From: Basidiobolus meristosporus CBS 931.73 | Taxonomy: Eukaryota; Fungi; Basidiobolomycota | Length of the DNA stretch: 64,000 bases | Direction of reading: 5' to 3' | Assembly: GCA_002104905.1 (NCBI GenBank) | Contig: MCFE01000151.1 | Span: 62,001-126,000 of the forward strand | In this document: positions 26,144 through 38,000 of the stretch, piece by piece | Numbering within the stretch: position 1 is the first letter of the stretch | Layout: every line of letters begins with the position of its first letter | Notes under the pieces: model-generated | The model's input: only the letters and a program-made list of their open reading frames with translations | What the model was told of the DNA's origin: nothing | The model's database searches: none | Translations under genes and position numbers: made by a program

Positions 26144-28194
26144 TGTGGTGGTGTAGAGGTACTCCTGGGGGAAGCTACACAACTCAAGGTGTGTGAGGTG
26201 TCTGATGGGTGCAATAACCTCTGTGTCTAAACTGCTGGTGTCTTTGTCAATATGTCACTATGGTAAAAGCTCCTGCTTCTCTAGCTTCCTAGGTGCTCCA
26301 GGTGTCTCCAAAGGCCTCTGTGTGTCTTGTGCACTACCGTGAAAAGCTCCTTGATGGCAGGTCTGAGATGTACTGTTGAAGGCAGGTGCAGTGATCAACT
26401 GCAAATCAATAAGTTAGAAGTGTTACTGATAGAACGGATGATTTATTGATGAGGGATTGCTTTCCCTTAAATACTTTTCCTGATTGCCAAGTGACTACTA
26501 ATGACAAGGTTCTAGAAGATTCTAGGCATCAGTGGAATTCTTGATGACATCTGTTGTGTTGTATTATGATTAGTTTGGGGCTTGTTCTACAGTGTAGAGG
26601 CTAATCAACAATATACAACAACTTCCAGTATGCTAATACTGAAATAGTTTATTGGGAGTTTGATATACCAATAGAAGATATAACTTTCACTAATTTCCTC
26701 AATCTTGAGCTCAAAATATATTGTAGGCAGTGCTTATCACTTCTACAGCAGTGTTCTGACCTTCTGTCGACTAATGGGCTTATTTACTTTTATAGTAACT
26801 TTTCCTTATTTGGAAGTCACTTTCCTTTCTGAGAAAATATTTCCTAATATGGAATTTCTGAACTCCCCTTTAACCTAAAGGGGTGTGTTGTAGAAGTCTC
26901 TAAAGGGGTCTTTAGACCTAAAGGGGTGTCTAAATGGGTGTCTTTAGAGTAAAGGGGCTTCTTGTAGTGGTCTCTAAAGTGGACTTTACACTAAAGGGGT
27001 GCCTAAAGGGGCTTCTTTAGAGTAAAGGGGTTTCTTAAAGGGGTCTCTAAAGGGGTCTTTAGACTAAAGGGGTGTCTAAAGGGGTGTCTTTAGAGTAAAG
27101 GGGTTTCTTAGAGGGGACTTTTCCGACAGAAAAGTGGTAGTTTCTTGTAGAACTTAGATTGGATTCTTGTGAGCTTTGCAGTCTCTTTACTGATGTAGTA
27201 CCGATCAAAGTCAAAATACTCAACAGTGCAAGTGATGCAGGGGAAGTCTTATAATCTTTAAACTTGTAATTGTAGTGTGGAGATTCTGGAAAGACAGGCT
27301 CTCTCTTTATTTTTCAGCTGGGGAAGTCATATATATGAAAATTTTGAAGGATCAAAGTTTTTGGGCGATTGCGCAAGCAATACGCGTGATACAAAGCTAA
27401 AATTTTGCAGTGGCGCAGATCGGACATAGGCGCAGCACCTGTGAACATATCACGTGATTTGTTTGGCTGGTTTGAAAGTTACACGTGATCAAAGTCACCA
27501 TAGTAATCCTAGCAATAAGGCATAGTATATATAATAGTTAGACTCTTTTGGTCATAACTCCTTAAGTACTGCTTCAAATGAGCTGTAATTTGAAACATGT
27601 GTTGGCTACTACGTGTTCTGTATGACATAATATTCTTGGGTGGATTGCTTGTCAGGGTCTGGAGCATTTGTTCATCAAAGTTGGAAATTCTTGATCTTTC
27701 ACTTGTGTGTTACGATAGCAAAAAGCAAAATAAAGAAATGAGTGCAATATTGGTTTAGAGATATTGTAGTAATGGAATACTTTCCATTACCACACATCAC
27801 TATGAGCTAAAAATATGCCAAGAATGTCCTGGAAGGTTCTAAAGGGCATAGCACATCCAACCAATCAGGAATCAGTAGTCTGAAACCTGTGCAACATAGA
27901 AATTCCATTTATGGTATTGAAATGGTAGGGATGGTAACACATACCTAGGTCATGTGTCACAGGTACTGTCACGGGTACCTGCCTTATATAGATACATTTA
28001 TTGATCACAAAGCTGAATAACATCTGGGATAACTAATGCTAATAACTAATCAGGGTAAACATCATATAGGGATAATACTGATAATATGGGCAAAAGAAGA
28101 ATGGGATAATACTGATAAGATAAAATATAGATAAGTATATCATAATGACTATATGAATAAACTTGTCTGTGGGAGGCATGTTTACCCTACCACA
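26144..28194 (-). repeat. Solo LTR family C (about 800 bp once the nested G1 LTR is removed)
   Basis: TGTGGT...ACCACA termini. Flanks CCAT/CCGT (4-bp TSD with one CpG transition). Removing it restores the CACTA sequence seen at 19775-19800. Confidence 0.75.
26552..27794 (-). repeat. Solo LTR of gypsy G1 (1243 bp, expanded internal array)
   Basis: Near-identical to 33946-35041 except for a longer TAAAGGGG array. Perfect 4-bp TSD CATC. Confidence 0.93.
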
Positions 28195-28555
28195 CCGTCA
28201 TACTGCCAATATAATGCCATCAGAGTCTTGCTGTGAGGCTGTCAAAATACCATCGAGTTTCTTACCATATAAGGCAATTGTATGTCCGGCCAATTGTATC
28301 CGCCTAAAATAGCTATAGAGTGCTAAAAGACCTCAACAATACCATACAAATATTATTACAGCACCAATCAAATCTTGTCAAGTTTTATCCCTTTATTTCG
28401 TTGAAAAATTGGCAAAACACTGTTTTGATCCCATCATAAGATAGTTAGGAGGGTCACTAATTCTAAGCTGCTGGTATTATGATGGTCTCTAAATGGGATC
28501 CTGATGGCTGATCCAGATTGGATTCACCCATGGGACCAAATTATTATTCATAGGG
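28195..28555 (+). repeat. Right end (subterminal region and TIR) of the CACTA/CMC element
   Basis: Matches 19790-20147 and ends ...TCATAGGG, the reverse of CCCTA (fits the CMCWR terminus). Confidence 0.78.
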
Positions 28556-28820
28556 ATTGACTCCATAAATTATCCTTGGCATTTGTTTCAACAGGTGCTG
28601 TCTCATTGCATTTTGGGATTTGACTAGACTCATGCGTGGTACTGTTGTTAGTGGAGATAGACTCACAATCTATCAGTGAGCTTTCTTTGTCAGAGCTGTC
28701 ACTCTGCATGCATATTCAGAAGGCTGAGGTGAGCCTAAAGGTGTCACAAACTCATCTGACTTGTACGGCAAAAGACTGGTTGTAATCCTAGGAATACTTT
28801 CTATGCTCTCTGTGTGCTTC

Positions 28821-29904
28821 TGTTGTGTTGTATTATGATTAGTTTGGGGCTTGTTCTATAATGTAGAGGCTAATCAACAATATACAACAACTTCCAGTAT
28901 GCTAATACTGAAATAATGTTTTGGGAGTTAGACATACCAATAGAAGATATAACTTTTACTAATATCCTCAATCCTGGGCTCAAAATATACAGTAGACAAT
29001 GTTTATCACTTCTACAGCGGTGTTCTGAACTTCTGTTGACTAATGGGCTTATTTACTTTTATAGTAACTTTTCCTTATTTGGAAGTCACTTTCCTTTCTG
29101 AGAAGATATTTCCTAATATGGAAATTCTGAACTCCCCTTTAACCTAAAGGGGTGTGTTGTAGAAGTCTCTAAAGGGGTCTTTAGACCTAAAGGGGTGTCT
29201 TTAGAGTAAAGGGGTTTCTTAGAGTGGACTTTTCCAACAGAAAAGTGGTAGTTTCTTGTAGAACTTAGATTGGATTCTTGTGAGCTTTGCAGTCTCTTTA
29301 CTGATGTAGTACCGATCAAAGTCAGAATACTCAACAGTGCAAGTGATGCAGGGGAAGTCTTATAACCTTCAAACTTGTAATTGTAGTGTGGAGATTCTGG
29401 AAAGAGAGGCTCTCTCTTTATTTTTCAGCTGGGGAAGTTATATATATGAAAATTTTGAAGGATCAAAGTTTTTGGGCAATTGCACAAGCAATACGCGTGA
29501 TACAAAGCTAAAATTTTGCAGCGGCGCAGATTGGACATAGGTGCAGCACCTGTGAAAATATCACGTGATTTGTCTGGCTGGTTCAAAAGTTACACGCAAC
29601 TAAAGTCACCATAATAATCCTAGCAATAAGGCATAGTATATATAATAATTGGACTCTTTTGGTCATAACTCCTTAAGTACTGCTTCAAATGAGCTGTAAT
29701 TAGAAACATGTGTTGGCTACTACGTGTTCTGTATGATATGATAGTCTTGGGTGGATTGCTTGTCAGGGTCTGGAGCATTTGTTCTTCAAAGCTGGAAATT
29801 CTTGATCTTTCACTTGTGTGTTACAATAGCAAATGCAAAATAAAGTAATGAGTGCAATATTGGTTTAGAGATATTGTAGTTGTGGAATACTTTCCATTAC
29901 CACA
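28821..29904 (-). repeat. Solo LTR of gypsy G1 (1084 bp)
   Basis: TGTTGTGTTG...TTACCACA with a perfect 4-bp TSD CTTC. Confidence 0.93.
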
Positions 29905-31065
29905 CTTCATGGCTGAGAGGCTTGCTACAATAGCCACAAGGTCATTTTTCTCTTCTCTTATGGCATTGAAGCAAAGTAGTCTTGTCCATGGGGCAAACAG
30001 CTTGACCTTCAACAAAGTAACACTATTATATCACTTTTTTGTCTATACTCATGTGAATTTGAGACAGTCTTGTAGCTGAGACATTGCACCTACATGAGTG
30101 TAAGATTCAATAATGACCTGCCATAGTAAGCATAATAAATAAAGTTGTGGCACCACATACCCATGTAAATGTAGCATTATTTCCCCTTTGGCTTGACCCA
30201 CTTCCATGTGTGAGTACTAAGTGCAGTACCCACTCTTTGCCCAAGAGTTCCCCACAGAGTCCTACCCAACGTCCCCCAGTATCCTCCCTATGATTCCCCC
30301 ATGCGCCCTCCCTCCTATCCCTGCCCATATCTAGTTAGAACACTTACCATAACAGAAAGGTGTTCACACCTCTATTTTATAACTCAATACCTATTATCTA
30401 AGCCCTCCCCCAAGTGATATATATATCTACCAAATTGAACCAAGTGAGAGGACAAGAGGATTTGGATGGAAATAAACACCAGTCTTTATTACCTTACTAC
30501 CTTCTATTGGAAGCTATTCTGAACCAAGTGGTACTGACTTGACCTAAAAGCTCTCCCACTCAATACATACAGTCAGTAATAACTCACACCATGTATATAC
30601 CGCCAAAAAATAAAGCAAAGTTCTCTGGTTCTCAACCAAACCCCACTGCTGATGGCAGCAGAAGAATGGTTTGACAACAGCTTGCTTTGACATTCAGTGC
30701 AACAAGTGGGTCTACATCAAAAAAAGGCCATGTTGATAGTGTGCCTACTGAAGGTAATAATGTGGACTCCTCAGTCTCTCAGTCAAGTAGGTAATTGAGA
30801 ACCTCTGCAGAGCTGCAAGCTGACTGTTAGACAAAGTGTTGCAAGCGCAGTACCTTCAGTTAAAGACCAGTCAATGGCCATCATAACATCACCACCCCCT
30901 ATATTATCAAGTATGTTGTCAGCTCATACCAAAGCATGAATGAAGCAATTAGGTGCAGTGGCTAATGGGATAGATGTAATGACCCAGAGAAATCAGGAAA
31001 TAGTTCAGAAACAGGATGAGCAGATAATATGTGTAGAGTAATCAATATCTCAGGTAGAGAAAGCA

Positions 31066-32904
31066 GTGTCTCTACTGCAAGAAAGGAACTCAGGTAGCTC
31101 AATGTCACAGCCAAGAATTGAACCATTTCACAGTGTAACAGCAGAAGAACACCATACATTCTTTGATGCACAACAACAGTGCCCAAAGATAAAGCCCACA
31201 GATAAACCTATCACAGCATGGGAGGGAGACAATGTGGTGTTTATAACAAAGCCTAAATATCATGAGAGATTGAAGATCTAAGAAGCTGTTGAATGCAATA
31301 ATGAAGAGTGGGCTAATATTCAAGAGGCTGTCAGAAATCTAGCCTGCCATCACCATGAGGCTGGTATACCATGGGACCATCCAGAACTCAAGGCCAAGCA
31401 TAATGCACTTGACTTCTTCCATGAGCATTATCCTGAACTTATACAGGCAAACAGATTTTGTGCAAGCATTGGTATGCAAAGAAAGTATCCAAATAATAGC
31501 AGAAACAATCAAGGGCAGATGAACAAGAGTGCAATGGCCAAAAACCATTGGCTTCATCAAGTACCTGTTGCTAGCCTGGCCAAAAGCTCCAAACAAGCAT
31601 CAAAGAGATGTCTGGCAGCTGGAACAGTGTCAATAAGGGGCAAGCAGGCAGAAACAGATGCACCAGCACAACATTTATCAAGTAAAAAGCGTAGTCTATT
31701 CAAGAAGCATACAGTCAAAGTAGTAGTGAAGGACCTGGCAGTGACAAGATCCAGCAGCTTTCTAAGCAGCTTGTCACAACTACAGCTGGGAGCTCAAAAC
31801 AAGCAGTAACAAAACATCAAGTTGCAAGGAGAGTACCAGCAAGGGACAAGCAGGCCAAAGCAGATGCTTAAGAGCAGAATTTTTTTACGGAGAAAACATA
31901 GTTCATTACAAGAAGCACTCCAACAAAGTAGCAGTAAAAGACCTGACAGTGGTAAAGGAAAATGTAAAGGGAAAAATGTCTACCCAAGCCTAAGACAGGC
32001 AAGTGTCAGAAAAAAGCAGCAGTTCTTGCAAATTAATGCCATAAGCCCAGAACAGACTGAATTCCATCATAGCCAAGAAGATTTACCAACAAGAAAACAG
32101 CTGTTTTCATAAGAGTAGGAAGTGCAGCCAGCTAAGCTACACTCCAGCAAGGTAGATGAGTTTGCAGTGAACGGCAGTTGGTCTACCACAGCCTCCACAT
32201 CCTCCATAGTTGACAGAGTTAAGATCCCATTGACAGACAAGGCTACAATGTCACAAACTCAAAAGACTATCACAATGCCTTCAGTGGAGTTTTGGAACAT
32301 TAATAGGCACACCAAGATGTTGCAGCACTTCTTCAAGAGCAGTGCTGAAGAAAATGCACTTGAATATTGCAAGGATGGATTGCAAATACTGGCAGATGGG
32401 GTGCTAGACCTTGCACTGCCAGCTGAAGACCAGGGCATGTGGGAACCAGTGAATGAACTGTGTCATAAAGCCATTGGGTTCCTGCCAGAGTCATGGAAAC
32501 AGAGTGTTACAGCAGAAATACTTATTGAGTGGTAGATTTTGATGAAGTTACTTGTTGAGTGTGGGGTTGGGCTTAATGTTAGTGTGGGGTATTGGGACTT
32601 ATATAGGTCAGTACAATTAGCAATTGAGGTACAACTGAAGTTGCAGTGGAAATATATCAATTTGCATGTATGGAAAATAAGAAAAACAGCTGAGTCAGGT
32701 ATCAAGGAGTGTGAAAAAGAGGCAATAGCCAATCAATGCATACAAACATATGAGGTGATAGAGTGTCCAGAATGAGAGATTGAGAAAATTAGCAGAGAAC
32801 CAATCAGAAGTCACTTTTGTATTGCTGTGATGAAAAATCTTCACCAAGTTTTTTATGATATCTGGGGTGCAATTATTTTTGAAGGTCTTTGCACAGTGTT
32901 CTGA
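31066..32904 (+). pseudogene. CACTA-associated ORF2, unknown protein of about 610 codons
   Basis: ORF-track pieces 31066, 31474, 31822, 32122 and 32539 are all in one frame, separated only by point stops. Homologous copies at 18235-23215 and 48752-49420. Confidence 0.75.
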
Positions 32905-32985
32905 TGGTATCAATGCCTCTTAGTCACAGGACTTAGAATCTGTGATGGCCTTTTGATGGGATCATCACAATAATTTTTCATAGGG

Positions 32986-33800
32986 GTAGTTGGTATGCCT
33001 ACCAGTTCCATTTCATCTACCAGCAGTTTAATTCTGTTAGTTAGATTTTCCATTTCATCTCCTGGCAGCATTATGGAGTGATGAGCTTTTGTCTACAATA
33101 CATTTTCTTAGCAGCTGAGCATGACTGGTAGGTGTTTTCTAATGCCTTCCAGGCATTCTTTGCTGTTTTAGCTCTTGAGTATTGAATTAGCAATATGTGT
33201 TTGACATTGAGGCAAATGCAGTTAATGGTAATATGCTCTTTCCTCTGATATTATAAGGATTCCTCTCCCACACTTTTAGGAGGGCATTCTTCTCCCATAG
33301 CAATATACCAAAGTCCTCCTTCTTGTAGCAGCATCTACATCATCACTTTCCACACCTGGTAGTTAGACCCATCCAACTTTTTGCCAGAGGGAAAAGTTAC
33401 AGTACCAGTAGTAGTGAGTATTGCTGAAAGTAACAGCTTGGGGCTCATAACCTGTTGTAAGAGTCTTGGTGATATTGGAAGTGATTTAGAAAATTAGTAG
33501 ATTAGGTGGTTTTTGCTTAATGATTTATTGAATATAAAAGTAGTATTTATACTTTTACACAGTCTTGGCATCACAAGCAGTTGAATAGGTTTCAAAAGGA
33601 CACAAGAACATTGGTGCAAAGCTTGGGGCTGCTTGGATAACTTTGAGAATCTTCATGTTCTGGGTACCTGATATTTCATTGAAAATGTTCCAGGTAAATC
33701 CCTGCAAGGAATTTTCTCAGTGAAGTCTAGGATTTGAAGGTAATGATCCAAGTGAATAAGTTAGGTGAACAGTTAGGTGGAATAACAAACTATTACAACA
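32986..33800 (-). mobile_element. Copia family B 5' fragment (5' LTR 33453-33800, PBS 33441-33452, gag start)
   Basis: GGGCTCATAACC abuts the LTR. gag aligns with 53400-53877. Confidence 0.85.
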
Positions 33801-33945
33801 ATGGTCAGGGTACTTCTGTCTATAGAGAACTGTATTCCTAGGTAGTAACCATGTTTGCCTAGATTGGACACCTTGAACCCCCTAGATAGGCTGGATTTAG
33901 TCTCCTCCAATGTTTCAGGCTATTGACAGCTAAAATAAAAACATC

Positions 33946-35041
33946 TGTTGTGTTGTATTATGATTAGTTTGGGGCTTGTTCTACAATGTAGAGGCTAATC
34001 AACAATATACAACAACTTCCAGTATGCTAATACTGAAATAGTTTATTGGGAGTTTGATATACCAATAGAAGATATAACTTTCACTAATTTCCTCAATCTT
34101 GGGCTCAAAATATACTGTAGGCAGTGTTTATCACTTCTACAGCAGTGTTCTGACCTTCTGTCGACTAATGGGCTTATTTACTTTTATAGTAACTTTTCCT
34201 TATTTGGAAGTCACTTTCCTTTCTGAGAAAATATTTCCTAATATGGAAATTCTGAACTCCCCTTTAACCTAAAGGGGTGTGTTGTAGAAGTCTCTAAAGG
34301 GGTCTTTAGACTAAAGGGGTGTCTAAAGGGGTGTCTTTAGAGTAAAGGGGCTCCTTAGAGGGGACTTTTCCGATAGAAAAGTGGTAGTTTCTTGTAGAAC
34401 TTAGATTGGATTCTTGTGAGCTTTGCAGTCTCTTTACTGATGTAGTACTGATCAAAGTCAGAATACTCAACAGTGCAAGTGATGCAGGGGAAGTCTTATA
34501 ACCTTTAAACTTGTAATCGTAGTGTGGAGATTCTGGAAAGAGAGGCTCTCCCTTTATTTTTCAGCTGGGGAAGTCATATATATGAAAATTTTGAAGGATC
34601 AAAGTTTTTGGGCGATTGCGCAAGCAATACACGTGATACGAAGCTAAAATTTTGCAGTGGCGCAGATCGGACATAGGCGCAGCACCTGTGAAAATTTCAC
34701 GTGATTTGATTGGCTGGTTCGAAAGTTACACGCGATCAAAGTCACCATAGTAATCCTAGCAATAAGGCATAGTATATATAATAATTGGACTCTTTTGGTC
34801 ATAACTCCTTAAGTACTGCTTCAAATGAGCTGTAATTTGAAACATGTGTTGGCTACTACGTGTTCTGTATGACATAATATTCTTGGGTGGATTGCTTGTC
34901 AGGGTCTGAAGCATTTGCTCTTCAAAGTTGGAAATTCTTGATCTTTCACTTGTGTGTTACGATAGCAAAAAGCAAAATAAAGAAATGAGTGCAATATTGG
35001 TTTAGAGATATTGTAGTAATGGAATACTTTCCATTACCACA
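33946..35041 (-). repeat. 3' LTR of G1
   Basis: Element-sense TGTGGTAATGG...ACAACACAACA, preceded by purine tract AGGGGAGA (35044-35051). Confidence 0.96.
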
Positions 35042-35049
35042 AGTCTCCC

Positions 35050-38000
35050 CTAACTTTGAGAAATAATGCCCTCATAATTACTTCTGATATGGAACTTCTT
35101 CAATCTGTTACCAGGTTGTGTCAGTGCAAGTGGTGTACCGTCAAGTTCTGCTAGTTTGTAAGACCCATTTTTGTTTGCATGTATGATCTTGTAGGGACCT
35201 TGCCATCACATATCCAGCTTGGATGCCTTGTTTCTTTGGCTTTTTGTGTTGTGAAGTAGTATCAGCTCACCTACTTCTAACAATGTTTTTCTTAGGCATT
35301 TTTGAGCGTCAAAGTACTCCTTGCCAGCCATTCTGGATTTCTTCAGGTTTTCTTTTGCATTCTGTTGCAGAGTGTGTGCTTGTTGAATCTGTTGTACTCT
35401 TGCTAGCAATAGCTCTGATGTTGTCATTGTTGGTTTCCATGGGAGGGTAAGCCAATTCTCAAAAGATATGTCTATAGGCAAAACAGCTTCATGTCCATAT
35501 ATTAAAAAAAATGGTGTATACCCTGTACTTCTTTTAACCGTGACTCTATCAGACCAAATTGCTGCATGAAAGTTATTTGCCCATTTGTTGGGTTCTTCAT
35601 AGCTAAGCTTTGCTAATGTGTTTGCAAAAGCAGAATGTCCACGTTCAACTGGTGAATTTGCTTGTGGGTGATATGGCGTAGTATGTATAAGCTTGGTTCC
35701 ATGCTTTGTCGCTAGTGCTTGTATTTCATAAGATCCACATTCTCCATTGTCTGCAATGAGGGTGCCAACTGAACCATGTCTGAGATATACATCTTCTTTG
35801 AGAAATCTTGCTACTGCTTTTGCATTGGCTTGTTTCAGCATTCTAGCCTCTATCCAACCAGTAAAGTTATCACGACAGTCCACCACATACTTATACCCAG
35901 CTGTTGCCCTTGGTAAATGTATAATATCTACATGTGCAATTTGCCAAGCATAAGATGTGTATATACTGTGAAGTGGTTCATGCATCTTTTGGTTGTCTCT
36001 TCTTTGACATGGAATACATGATTTCACATCTTCTTTTGTGTTGGTGTAAAGTGTTGGCCAAAAATACCGTAAAGAGATTTTTGCATATGTTGATGTAATT
36101 CCCTTATGACCTCCTGATTCAGATTCATGCGATTCTTGAATGATCTTCTCTTGATCATGCTTGTTATGTATATACCGTCAAGGAACTCCATATTTGCTTT
36201 TTCTGAAAAGTGTGCCGTCATGCAGTATAAACTTCAGAGCCTTCTTTTTAAAATTTGTGCGTTGATTTGTGGGAATATCAGCAGGAACTTTGAGTGATGT
36301 AAGAAATTCCTTGATTTGTTGATAATTGCTTTGTATCATATGTCTGAATGAGAATCCAAGACTAGTGTTTTCAAGAAACTCATCAATCTCATCATCATCA
36401 GTTGAGTACGGTGAATTGGGTTGCTTTCTAGATAAGGCATCAGGTCCTTTGTGATTGGCTCCTGGTATGTGTTGCAGCGTAAAGTCAAAGATCTGGATGT
36501 ATGATATCCACCGTGCTAGAATAGGATCAGGCAAAAGTTCCAACTTATTCAACATTCCTAATAATGGCTTGGCATCAACCTCCAGTGTGAAGTGTACTCC
36601 TAATAAGTATGGCTTTAGCTTTTTGAGTACATAGAGTACTCCCAGTGCTTCCTTCTTGATAGATGGATAGTTAAGCTCATTCCCTTTGAATAGTCTGCTA
36701 AGATATTTGCACGGTTGTCAATGATGATCTTTTGAAACTTGAATCATGATTCCACCAACCCCAATTCCAGAGCTATCAACTGATACAATGATTGGTTGTG
36801 AATCAATAACACTGTAGTCTATAGCTGCTAAGACAGGTGGCTTTGATAATGACTCAAGCAATGTCGACATAGCATTTGCCTGTTCTTCATGCCATTCAAA
36901 TTTCTGGTTTTTCTGTAATAACTGAGTCAGTGGCTTAGCAATTTGAGCATAGTTCTTGATCCAGATTCTGAATAGACCAGTAAGTCCTAATAATTGTCTG
37001 ACTTGATGAATATTCCTTGGTGGCTTCCAATTCAGTGCCAATGAAAGTTTTGCAGGATCAGGCAATCTCCCTTTTTCAGTAACAAGTTCACCTAGAATGA
37101 TTGCTTTGTTGTAGCCAAACTTGCATTTGGCTCCTGATACAGTCAGACCAGAAGCTTGAAGTTTCTTCATGACCCTCTCAACTGTGCTTATGTGATCATA
37201 AACATATCTTCTTACTTGAGGTAAGACATACGATGTATCTTTTTCTCTGGACTTATTCTTAACTGCAATGTCATCAAGAAATGGTCGGCATACCTCAGGG
37301 AAACAGTCATCCAAAACTCGAATCATTGCACGTTGATAATTTTGGACAGAGTTTGTCCATCCTTGAGGAATTCTTGTCATCCTTATGAGTCCTATTGGTG
37401 TATCCATAGCGGTGAAATCTCTTGAGGTAGGATCCAGAAGTATTTGGTCATATCCTGAATAAAGATCCAATGTTGTAATCAGAGGATATCCAGTAAATGA
37501 CTCAATATACTCATGTCATATGGGTGGTTGCATAGCATCTTTGATGGTGACTTTATTCAAATGCTGTACGTCTTGAATAAACCGTAGACTTCCATTTTTC
37601 TTCAACGGTGTAAACCAGGGATTGCGATAAGGTCCATAGCTATATTCAATGACTCCACTTTGAAATCTTGATTGTAGCATTTCAATTACTTTGTTCAGTA
37701 ATCTTGAGGGAATAGGATATGATCTCAGTGCCCATGGTGTATGTTCAACGGTATGGATCTTAACCGGTGGAAATAGCTCTGTGGATAAACATCCTCTTTG
37801 TGCATCATTAAATGCAAAGACATTGTCATAGCGTTGTAGCATAGTCAAAAAGAGACTTCTCTCCTCAGTGGAAAGAGTAGTCCCAATAGCCAACTCCTTG
37901 AGCTTCTCTTCTGTGAGTCTGATTTTGTCATATTTGTGCAAAGGCTCCATTTGAGGATTGTTGTGGGCAGATGGTGAGATTCCAGTAGATACTGGCTTTG

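Larger units (their letters stand above)
28556..32985 (-). mobile_element. CACTA/CMC copy in reverse orientation: transposase 5' part (minus), spacer, ORF2 (plus), left TIR
   Basis: 28556-30106 is the reverse complement of ~23216-23830 (interrupted by a G1 LTR). Ends ...TTTTTCATAGGG at 32985. Confidence 0.75.

Noticed and set aside
26878-27117. CRISPR array or interstitial telomeric repeat
   Set aside because: There are no unique spacers and no constant repeat unit, the sequence is not (TTAGGG)n or (TTTAGGG)n, and it is an internal part of a eukaryotic LTR.
34715-34725. GGTTCGAA as the T-loop of a tRNA gene
   Set aside because: No acceptor, D or anticodon stems can be folded around it. I found no tRNA or rRNA gene in the window.
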